From assembly GCA_000004695.1 (NCBI GenBank), contig CM000154.2:2592001-2656000 (forward strand): a stretch of DNA of 64,000 nt, written 5' to 3'. A program made the position numbers and the translations under genes. This document shows, in pieces, positions 1 to 12,714 of the stretch. The notes below the pieces were generated by a model, which worked only from the letters and a program-made list of their open reading frames with translations, made no database searches and had not been told where the DNA came from. The DNA comes from Dictyostelium discoideum (taxonomy: Eukaryota). Numbering within the stretch: the first letter of the stretch is position 1; each line of letters begins with the position of its first letter.

Positions 1-677
1 TTCGAGAAATTCTTATTCAACAATGATTTATTATTTTCACTGTAATTATACCACTCGAATTCCATGCCTTGAACAGGGTCAAATTGATGTTCGTGGCATT
101 TCTTTATAACCTTTTTCAAAGTGGAACGAGGACAAATAGGTAATGGCTCTCCATTGGTGCCAATGAAATCCATCAAGAATAGTGGTACATCATATTCCCA
201 TGGAATGGTACGGAATGTTGATAAATCTGGTCTTGCTCCCATATCTGGATACCCCGTATGATTACCTGTGAATTTAACATTATCATAGGCACTATCAGAA
301 CTGTCCCACCCAAATATTACACTACAAAATCCTAACCCTTTCTTTATAGATGATTCAAATTTACTCTTATCCAAATATTTTCCCCTCAAAATTCCATCAA
401 TATCAGATCCTGCAATCTTTACAAATGGTGATTTTGAAATCTTTATTTGATTTAATATTAAATCTTCTGCATTCATTAATTTTGATTCTTCATATTTATT
501 ATTATTATTATTATTATTATTTAATTTACTGCTACTACTGAATGATTTTAAATCATTTTTATTTTTATTAAAAATATTATTATTATTATTATTTGTTTTA
601 GTTGAATAATTATTTACAAAGTTTTTTAATGAATTATTTTTATTTATAAAAATATTCTTATTTACTAATTTATTCAT
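1..677 (-). CDS. Type-1 glutamine synthetase-like protein (GlnA/FluG-like). N-terminal beta-grasp part; the gene continues beyond the window start.
   Basis: The minus-strand ORF starts at ATG 677..675 and is open to position 1. After an Asn-rich N-terminus it reads '...VKIAGSDIDGILRGKYLD...FGWDSSDSAYDNVKFTGNHTGYPDMGARPDLSTFRTIPWEYDVPLFLMDFIGTNGEPLPICPRSTLKKVIK'. This matches the glutamine-synthetase N-domain pattern (PDxsT..iPW, dPR..Lk). GC content is higher than the flanking DNA. Confidence 0.5.
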   Translation of the reverse strand, partial: MNKLVNKNIFINKNNSLKNFVNNYSTKTNNNNNNIFNKNKNDLKSFSSSSKLNNNNNNNNKYEESKLMNAEDLILNQIKISKSPFVKIAGSDIDGILRGKYLDKSKFESSIKKGLGFCSVIFGWDSSDSAYDNVKFTGNHTGYPDMGARPDLSTFRTIPWEYDVPLFLMDFIGTNGEPLPICPRSTLKKVIKKCHEHQFDPVQGMEFEWYNYSENNKSLLNKNFS

Positions 678-1136
678 ATTTCTTTTTATAATTAATAAAA
701 TTGTTTTTTTTTTATTTTATTTTTTTTTATTTTTTTTTTTTTTGTTTATTAATTATCTTTGTTTTCTTTTTTTCTAAAATTTTTTTATTTATTTTGTATT
801 TTGTAATTTTTTTTTTTTTTTTTTTTTTTAAATTAATTATTGATTGTTCAATTTAAATTTTTTTTTTTTTTTTTAATTTAATTTTATTTTAATTATTAAA
901 ATTTTTATTATTTTCACTTTTTTTTTTTTTTATTTTAAATTTATTTTCTTACCAATTGGCAATCTACTTTTTATTTTTTTTTTATTTTTTTTTTTTTTAT
1001 TTTTTTTTTTTTTTTTTTTTTGAAGGGAATCATCACTCCTTAAAATGGATAAAAACAACCACTTTTTGTTTTTTTTTTTTTTTAAATGCGAGATAATTTT
1101 TTTTTTTAAATAAAATTAATAATTTAATATTAATAT

Positions 1137-1212
1137 TTGTGTGTTAAGGTAAATTAAAAAACAATTATATTAATATTTTATAATTGTTTTTTAATTTACA
1201 ATTAACACACAT
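1137..1212. repeat. Near-perfect inverted repeat (hairpin) with arms of about 30 bp and an 11-nt loop
   Basis: Left arm 'tgtgtgttaaggtaaattaaaaaacaattat', loop 'attaatatttt', right arm 'ataattgttttttaatttacaattaacacacat'. The arms are reverse complements with 1-2 mismatches. Confidence 0.6.
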
Positions 1213-1582
1213 AAAAATTAAATAAAAAGATTGGAGATTTATTTAATTTTTTTTTTTAAATTAATTTTTTCCTTTTGTAAAAAATAGAAAAAATCATGTT
1301 AGCTTCAAAATTTATTTAATTTTTAAAAATAAATAATATACTAATATATAATATTTAATATTTACCCTACTGTCTCATTTGTGTGTAGAACACTATTGCC
1401 AATTTTATTGATTATTTATTAGTGGGATTGAAGATTACAATTTCGGTACAAGAATTGGTTGGAACTAGTTTTGATGTTATTTAGATGCACCGCAATCAAC
1501 TCAAGACGTTTTTAATCTTGGAACTTTATTTATAGCTTCCACTTTCATGTATCTCTGAAATTCTGAACTGAAAAAAAGTAAG

Positions 1583-1593
1583 GCATCGAACCA
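1583..1593 (-). promoter_or_regulatory. Extra B-box-like motif (GGTTCGATGCC) about 30 bp downstream of the tRNA gene
   Basis: The minus strand reads GGTTCGATGCC, fitting the pol III B-box consensus GGTTCGANNCC. It lies just 3' of the tRNA at 1624..1696. Dictyostelium tRNA genes often carry a downstream 'ex-B' box. Confidence 0.4.
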
Positions 1594-1623
1594 GCGATGT
1601 AATCTTGGTGTTTTAAAAAAATT

Positions 1624-1696
1624 CACCCATTGTGGGTCTCGATCCCACGACCTGCAGCTTAGAAGGCTGCCGCAATTCCAACTTTGCTAAACGGGC
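1624..1696 (-). tRNA. tRNA-Arg, anticodon UCU
   Basis: The minus strand reads GCCCGTT TA GCAA AGTTGGAA TTGC G GCAGC CTTCTAA GCTGC AGGTC GTGGG ATCGAGA CCCAC AATGGGT G. This gives a 73-nt cloverleaf: 7-bp acceptor stem with two G-U pairs, D-arm containing GG, 5-bp anticodon stem, loop CUUCUAA (anticodon TCT), and T-arm GTGGG/ATCGAGA/CCCAC. An A-box (TAGCAAAGTTGG) and a B-box are present. Confidence 0.8.
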
Positions 1697-1727
1697 TTTG
1701 ATGAAATTAAAAATATTACCCGAAATT

Positions 1728-1742
1728 ATAACTCAATTCAAT
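1728..1742. repeat. Target-site duplication, left copy (ATAACTCAATTCAAT)
   Basis: A perfect 15-bp direct repeat of 5664..5678 brackets the retroelement block. Confidence 0.6.
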
Positions 1743-2001
1743 CAAAAAAACAAACAACAACAACAATCTCTTTTTTTGATTATTTCATTTTTCATATAAA
1801 AAAGACTTAAAAAACAAATAAATAAATAAATAAACTATTTTAAAAAGCCATCTTTTTACTTTATTGTAATTTATTATTTGTTTCGTTTTGAGAATTTTGC
1901 GTAGCAAAATTTTCAAAAAAAAAGCAAAAAATAATCAGATCGAAAAAAACAAACAACAACAATCTCTTTTTTTGATTATTTCATTTTTCATATAAAAAAG
2001 A

Positions 2002-2037
<36 letters not shown>

Positions 2038-2113
2038 GGAACCCAAGTTAATCAGAAAATTTCCAGATTTTTAACTTTTTAAAGAAAAATAAAAAAAATA
2101 GAAAGAAAATAAG

Positions 2114-3448
2114 ATGAAAATCACAAACAACACCACAAATATTAAGCAACACAAATGCCTACAAAAAATAAGCGAAATTGTGGATAAAACTCAATTAAAA
2201 AAAAAACAATTCAAATACGTCATAAACATCAATCACGAACCAGACGATAAAATAAAAAAAGATTTAGAAAAAAGTTTGGACAAAAAAGATGTTTTAATCA
2301 AAAGTAATAATACATTCAAAATTCTCACAGACAGTATTAGTACAGTAATCTATTTTGTAAATATGTTTGATGCAGAATTAAAAGGACAATTTATAACCAC
2401 TATAAGACCAAAAAATATGTATACAGATTTTGATTGGTATAAATCACTCACAGAAATAGAATGGGTAATAGAAAATGAAGGATGTAAACTAATTAAATTA
2501 GAAATTAAAGGCGAAACTCTAATTATCAAAACAGTGAAAAGAGTCGTAGAAGAATTTGACACTATCATTGAACTAGACAATCTAACATTAATTGGACACT
2601 CCAACAAAGGATGGAGAGATCAAACCTCATTACCAGAAAATCAAGAAGAAAACAAAAATAAAAAACAATCAGATGAACAACAACCACAATCTACATCAGA
2701 ACAAATACCAAAACAAGGAAAAAGAACAATCATTATCCCACCAATCACATCCTCATCTAATGATAAAACATTTATGGCCCTAGATGATACAGCTCAAAAG
2801 GTAATAGAAGCATCACTAGAAAACGTAGATGAACTAACAAGAATAGAGAATGAGATCAATACACAATCGATAAACAATCAAGAAATTAAAACAAAATCAG
2901 AAAAACCTATCGAACCACCATCTCCATACAATACACCAATAAAACAACACGGCGAAACAAAGGGACTAACAACGGAAGAAAAACTTAGAGAGGCAAATGA
3001 TATCTTCGACTTCACCAGCCCAAACACTGATGCAATAAGAAAAATAGAATTCCCACTTTCAATCCCTTCAAATCAATGGTTCTTCTCCTCTCCAATAAAA
3101 CATATCATGAGTTTCAGCCCAACCTATGGTACACCATCGAAAATTATCGATTCACCAAGTAAATTGTTAAACACACCAAAAAAGAAACAACAAGACAAAA
3201 CAAACAAGACCAACAAAACACCAGTCAAACCAAAATTGGGTGAATATGGACAAAAAAGCATAAAAACAAAAATGGATGAAGATATAGACAACTTCAACAA
3301 GGAAATTCTAAAACAAATCAATAAATCAAAAAACCCCACAAACACACAAGACCAACAACACAACGAACAAAGTAAAGATCAGTTAGAAGACAAAATAAAC
3401 CAGAAACTTCAAAAGGTAGATAAAAATTTACCCCAAATAAAACTATAA
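2114..3448 (+). CDS. Retrotransposon ORF1 protein (444 aa, Lys/Gln/Thr-rich), copy A
   Basis: The ORF is intact and is followed in another frame by the endonuclease N-terminus of ORF2. A near-identical copy at 3898..4929 argues for a repeated-element protein. Confidence 0.6.
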   Translation: MKITNNTTNIKQHKCLQKISEIVDKTQLKKKQFKYVININHEPDDKIKKDLEKSLDKKDVLIKSNNTFKILTDSISTVIYFVNMFDAELKGQFITTIRPKNMYTDFDWYKSLTEIEWVIENEGCKLIKLEIKGETLIIKTVKRVVEEFDTIIELDNLTLIGHSNKGWRDQTSLPENQEENKNKKQSDEQQPQSTSEQIPKQGKRTIIIPPITSSSNDKTFMALDDTAQKVIEASLENVDELTRIENEINTQSINNQEIKTKSEKPIEPPSPYNTPIKQHGETKGLTTEEKLREANDIFDFTSPNTDAIRKIEFPLSIPSNQWFFSSPIKHIMSFSPTYGTPSKIIDSPSKLLNTPKKKQQDKTNKTNKTPVKPKLGEYGQKSIKTKMDEDIDNFNKEILKQINKSKNPTNTQDQQHNEQSKDQLEDKINQKLQKVDKNLPQIKL

Positions 3449-3454
3449 AGAAAA

Positions 3455-3700
3455 ACCCAATAAGAATAGGTGTTTGGAACATCCAAGGATCCAACACCAT
3501 CCAATCTGCCAGCATAATAAACACCGTTTTAGACAACAACAAGCTGGACGCAGCACTTTTAACTGAAACAAATATAAAAACAAATAAAATTTACTCAATA
3601 AATCAACAATATAAAAACAAAATAACACCCCACGCACCAATTGATAAAACAGGACAAGGGGTGTCACAAATCATCATCAACACCCGCAATAGAACTTCCT
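3455..3700 (+). pseudogene. ORF2 remnant: only about 82 codons of the N-terminus of the apurinic-like endonuclease domain remain, and RT is deleted
   Basis: It translates to 'KNPIRIGVWNIQGSNTIQSASIINTVLDNNKLDAALLTETNIKTNK...' then a stop, and the poly(A) tail follows at 3740. The same stub recurs at 4936..5181. Confidence 0.5.
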
Positions 3701-3744
3701 AAACATCTCAAAAAATACAATAATTCACTCAGTACTTTCTATAA

Positions 3745-3779
<35 letters not shown>

Positions 3780-3889
3780 NNNNNNNNNNNNNNNNNNNNN
3801 NNNNNNNNNNNNNNNNNNNNNNNNNNNNNNNNNNNNNNNNNNNNNNNNNNNNNNNNNNNNNNNNNNNNNNNNNNNNNNNAATATAAGAC

Positions 3890-4929
3890 CAAAAAATATG
3901 TATACAGATTTTGATTGGTATAAATCACTCACAGAAATAGAATGGGTAATAGCGAATGAAGGATGTAAACTAATTAAATTAGAAATTAAAGGCGAAACTC
4001 TAATTATCAAAACAGTGAAAAGAGTCGTAGAAGAATTTGACACTATCATTGAACTAGACAATCTAACATTAATTGGACACTCCAACAAAGGATGGAGAGA
4101 TCAAACCTCATTACCAGAAAATCAAGAAGAAAACAAAAATAAAAAACAATCAGATGAACAACAACCACAATCTACATCAGAACAAATACCAAAACAAGGA
4201 AAAAGAACAATCATTATCCCACCAATCACATCCTCATCTAATGATAAAACATTTATGGCCCTAGATGATACAGCTCAAAAGGTAATAGAAGCATCACTAG
4301 AAAACGTAGATGAACTAACAAGAATAGAGAATGAGATCAATACACAATCGATAAACAATCAAGAAATTAAAACAAAATCAGAAAAACCTATCGAACCACC
4401 ATCTCCATACAATACACCAATAAAACAACACGGCGAAACAAAGGGACTAACAACGGAAGAAAAACTTAGAGAGGCAAATGATATCTTCGACTTCACCAGC
4501 CCAAACACTGATGCAATAAGAAAAATAGAATTCCCACTTTCAATCCCTTCAAATCAATGGTTCTTCTCCTCTCCAATAAAACATATCATGAGTTTCAGCC
4601 CAACCTATGGTACACCATCGAAAATTATCGATTCACCAAGTAAATTGTTAAACACACCAAAAAAGAAACAACAAGACAAAACAAACAAGACCAACAAAAC
4701 ACCAGTCAAACCAAAATTGGGTGAATATGGACAAAAAAGCATAAAAACAAAAATGGATGAAGATATAGACAACTTCAACAAGGAAATTCTAAAACAAATC
4801 AATAAATCAAAAAACCCCACAAACACACAAGACCAACAACACAACGAACAAAGTAAAGATCAGTTAGAAGACAAAATAAACCAGAAACTTCAAAAGGTAG
4901 ATAAAAATCTACCCCAAATAAAACTATAA
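3890..4929 (+). pseudogene. Retrotransposon ORF1, copy B. It is 5'-truncated at the N gap and corresponds to codons from about 97 onward of copy A.
   Basis: A 343-aa ORF nearly identical to 2400..3448 (for example VIENEG versus VIANEG). Confidence 0.55.
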
Positions 4930-5225
4930 AGAAAAACACAATAAGAATAGGTGTTTGGAACATCCAAGGATCCAACACCATCCAATCTGCCAGCATAATA
5001 AACACCGTTTTAGACAACAACAAGCTGGACGCAGCACTTCTAACTGAAACAAATATAAAAACAAATAAAATTTACTCAATAAATCAACAATATAAAAACA
5101 AAATAACACACCACGCACCAATTGATAAAACAGGACAAGGGGTGTCACAAATCATCATCAACACCCGCAATAGAACTTCCTAAACATCTCAAAAAATACA
5201 ATAATTCACTCAGTACTTTCTATAA

Positions 5226-5285
<60 letters not shown>

Positions 5286-5361
5286 GGAACCCAAGTTAAT
5301 CAGAAAATTTCCAGATTTTTAACTTTTTAAAGAAAAATATAAAAAATAGAAAGAAAATAAA

Positions 5362-5562
5362 ATGAAAATCACAAACAACACCACAAATATTAAGCAACAC
5401 AAATGCCTACAAAAAATAAGCGAAATTGTGGATAAAACTCAATTAAAAAAAAAACAATTCAAATACGTCATAAACATCAATCACGAACCAGACGATAAAA
5501 TAAAAAAAGATTTAGAAAAAAGTTTGGACAAAAAAGATGTTTTAATCAAAAAGACCCTGTAA
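5362..5562 (+). pseudogene. Retrotransposon ORF1 N-terminal fragment, copy C (66 codons before it diverges)
   Basis: It shares the 80-bp leader 'cctgggaacccaagttaatcag...' and the first 63 codons with copy A. It then diverges into '...aattgcgttatccaattc' plus poly(A). Confidence 0.5.
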
Positions 5563-5631
5563 AAAAAAAAAAAAAATAAAATGAGATCTAGCATCTCAAG
5601 GAGAAGCAAATAATAATTGCGTTATCCAATT

Positions 5632-5663
<32 letters not shown>

Positions 5664-5665
<2 letters not shown>

Positions 5666-5678
5666 ACTCAATTCAATA
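5664..5678. repeat. Target-site duplication, right copy (ATAACTCAATTCAAT)
   Basis: It lies immediately after the terminal poly(A) at 5581..5663 and is identical to 1728..1742. Confidence 0.6.
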
Positions 5679-6433
5679 TAAGGTTGAAAATTATAATTAA
5701 AGTGGTCTAAAGTACTTTATTTATTTTATATTTTAATTTATTTTTATATTTATTATAACTTTTATAATATTTTATTTTATCTTAATTTTATTATCTAATC
5801 TTTATTTTGAAATTTAACAATCCCTTTTATATTTATATATTTATTTATTACACTAATAGCTTATATAGCTTTAATTTAAATCACAATATATAAAGAAAAG
5901 TTAATTATTTTCAATATTTATATTAATTTAAATGAGTGACATAATTATTAATAAATAATTATTTTATATTTTTATGTTTGCTGATTTTAATAAAATTATT
6001 ATTTGAGATATTATGACACTAATTTGAATAAAAGCGAAATAGGTTTAATTATAAAATAGTAGCCCTTATTTTAAAAACAAAAATTTAATACAACTATAAT
6101 ATAATCAAAATTCAACTAATTTAGAACAAAAAAAAATAAAATAAAATAAAAGCTTTATAAAAAATTAATTTATGAGAATTAAAAACTCTAATTAAAATGA
6201 GAACAATTGCATTATCTAATTTAAAAAAAAAAAAAAAAAAATGAAATTTAAGATATTTTAAGCCTTGTGCAAAAAGAATCAAATGACGCAATTTGATTTT
6301 TTTTTTTTTTCACGGTTTGGAATTCCAAAAAATATCTTAAAAAAAAAAAACAGTTGTTTTTTATACACAAAAAAAAAAAAAAAAAAAAAAACTATTTTAT
6401 TTTTTATAGTAAACATTTTTAAACTAAAAAAAA

Positions 6434-7534
6434 ATGAATATAATTAAATCATTATCAATATTAATTTTATTTACAATTTTAATTAATGTTATATCATCAC
6501 AATCATCATCAGGTGATGATTCAATGCCAATTTTATTATCATTTTTTAGTAACGACCCAAGTAGAGATACATTATTTAAATTTAATAGAGTTGATTTAGA
6601 GGATGGTTCATTAAATATTACCCTTTACACTAGATATACAGCCTATGGTAAAATGTTGGGTGTTACTGGATATGATGGTGTTAATTGGTTTGATTATCAA
6701 TTTAAATATGAAACGGATCCAGATGAATTCCAAGACGGTGGTATCTCTGATTTAGGACAAGGTGATTCATCAGCTTCATGGATGAACGCAGATTTCTATG
6801 AAACCCATCCAGCCCTTGTAGACTATAATCCACATCCAATAGGTCAAGACGATGCACGTAGTGAATACCTTAGTGTTGGTTGGTCAAAGAAAACTCAAGC
6901 ATTATTAACACTCGGTTTCAATTATGTCGGTAACAATATGTTCTTTTATTATAATATAACTCAATATCAAGTTAGCGAGGCCTATGAAAATAGTTTAACC
7001 CAATGTTATGATTACACTCAAGGTTTAATGTACATAAATTATATTAACCCAACAAGCACCCAAAGACAAATTCTAGTTTATCAACCATTCAATCATTCAG
7101 ATGGTATATGCATTGATGAATATTCATTCGAGCCAGGCACAGATCTTACCAAATCAGTTGAATCCAATGTTTATCTTTTCTATTCAACCGTTGGAAATCA
7201 AAAAGAAAGTCCACTCTATATGGTTGAAGTTGCAAATGTTACAGGCACAAATTCAACCGTTAATTTATTATCAGTTGGTTTATCTGCCACTGGTTACACT
7301 GCATCAAGTAGTGTCATCTTATCTTTAGATAATAGTTATGGTTCAAATATTGATGGTATTCCATTATGCTATTTAGATCAACTTCATCAATATTTAATCT
7401 TATTATCAAAACCAACTTCAAAAATGTCTTATACTATTACAACTGTTGATCTTATTAATAATTATAAAACTACTTCAATTACAACTGATGTTGTTGATTT
7501 TTATAATTATGGTTTATATTACCAAGATAAATAA
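6434..7534 (+). CDS. Secreted hypothetical protein (366 aa) with an N-terminal signal peptide
   Basis: The start context is aaaaaaaATGaat. The N-terminus MNIIKSLSILILFTILINVISSQ is hydrophobic, followed by a Ser/Thr/Asn/Tyr-rich mature region with many N-x-S/T sites. No domain was recognised. Confidence 0.5.
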   Translation: MNIIKSLSILILFTILINVISSQSSSGDDSMPILLSFFSNDPSRDTLFKFNRVDLEDGSLNITLYTRYTAYGKMLGVTGYDGVNWFDYQFKYETDPDEFQDGGISDLGQGDSSASWMNADFYETHPALVDYNPHPIGQDDARSEYLSVGWSKKTQALLTLGFNYVGNNMFFYYNITQYQVSEAYENSLTQCYDYTQGLMYINYINPTSTQRQILVYQPFNHSDGICIDEYSFEPGTDLTKSVESNVYLFYSTVGNQKESPLYMVEVANVTGTNSTVNLLSVGLSATGYTASSSVILSLDNSYGSNIDGIPLCYLDQLHQYLILLSKPTSKMSYTITTVDLINNYKTTSITTDVVDFYNYGLYYQDK

Positions 7535-7571
7535 ATAAATAAATAAATAAAAAAAAAAAATTTTATTTATC

Positions 7572-7607
<36 letters not shown>

Positions 7608-8671
7608 AGAAAAAAAAGCAAATAATTAAATGAGAAAAAAAAAAAAAACGATAATAAAATTATAAAAAAAAAACGATAATTAAATTATAAAAAAAGTAAA
7701 TAATAAAATTAAAAAAAAATGAAATAATAATAAAATGAGAAAAACCGATAATTTTTTTTATTTGGTAAATATTAATCAAAATCATATTTTATTGTTGTTT
7801 TAGTTTTTTTTTAAAGAATAAAATACCTGTTAAAATGAAATAGAAAAATTAGTAATCAATTTATATGTATTTTTTTTTAGTTTTTTTTTAAAAAAAACAC
7901 CATTTTATTGTTTTGGATCAGAGTTTTTGGCTTAATTAAAAATTAAATCTTATCTTGTCAATCACAGTCGTGTCGGACGGGGAAAGAAATCATCATCTAA
8001 ACAATAAAATAGTTTCTTTTTTAAAAAGTGTTTGAAACTTACAAGAAAAAGCAAAAGAAAGGACCAAGAATTGAAAGAACACCTCAAAGATAATAAAAGA
8101 AACTGAAAAAAAGACTCAAAGTAACCTAAATAAATCTAGAAAATTAATAAACAAAATTATATTAATATATTACTTTTATATTTTTTTAAATAAACAACCC
8201 AGTTAAATAATATAATAATGGGTATAAAATGTATTTATTAATGTTGTATGGTCAGAAGCAAAACTGGCGTGTCTTGTAAATCCGAATCATCATTAAGATT
8301 GCAGACTGGGGCGGTTGTCAATCATCATTCCAAAAACAAAAAAAATAAATATACACATAAATAATAATACTATTTATAACTTACAATTTGTTGTTAGTTG
8401 TGAATGAAATATTTTTTTTTTTTTTTTTTCTTTTTGTTGAAAGGAAAAAAAAAAAAAAAAAACTTTGAAAAAAAAAAAAATAAAAAAAAAAAGTAAAAAA
8501 TAAAAAAAAAAAAAATCACGAAAAAAGAACGTTATTCACGCATATTGTTTTTTTTTTTTTATTTTAATTTTTTTAATTTTTTTTATTTTTATTATTACTT
8601 TTTTTTTTTACTAAAAATAAATTTATTTTTATTTTTATCTATTTTTATTTTTATTTCTATTTTTTTACAAT

Positions 8672-12589
<3,918 letters not shown>

Positions 12590-12714
12590 ATAAATTTTTC
12601 TACAATATATCTAGTTATCTAGTTATACCAAAATAAATCCAAAAAAAAGTGTGTCACATGGTTTCCATTTTTTATTTTTTTTTATTTTTTTTTTATTTTT
12701 TTTTTATTTTTTTT

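Larger units (their letters stand above)
1743..5663 (+). mobile_element. TRE5-A-like tRNA-targeted non-LTR retrotransposon block. The composite holds three or four head-to-tail partial copies and is an ORF2-deleted derivative.
   Basis: The block begins exactly 48 bp upstream of the tRNA 5' end, head-to-head with the tRNA. It contains a 65-bp segment duplicated at 1745-1810 and 1944-2010 followed by A24, then 'cctgggaacccaagtt...' and ORF1 (2114..3448), then an ORF2 stub with a 'RIGVWNIQG...LDAALLTETN' APE-endonuclease N-terminus, then poly(A). The unit recurs at 3890..5280 (ORF1 98-99% identical, 5' end lost in the N gap) and again at 5281..5663 (5' end plus the first 66 codons of ORF1). A 15-bp TSD flanks the block. 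Confidence 0.65.

Noticed and set aside
350-541. 63-aa plus-strand ORF
   Set aside because: It is antisense to the glutamine-synthetase-like CDS and low-complexity (poly-Y).
1575-1612. Possible second tRNA just downstream of tRNA-Arg
   Set aside because: Only a B-box-like GGTTCGATGCC is present. No acceptor, D or anticodon arms can be folded. It is treated as an ex-B box, not a gene.
2350-5148. Minus-strand ORFs of 74-119 aa inside the retroelement
   Set aside because: They are antisense to ORF1 and duplicated along with it. They are hydrophobic frames typical of antisense AT-rich coding, and some span the N gap.
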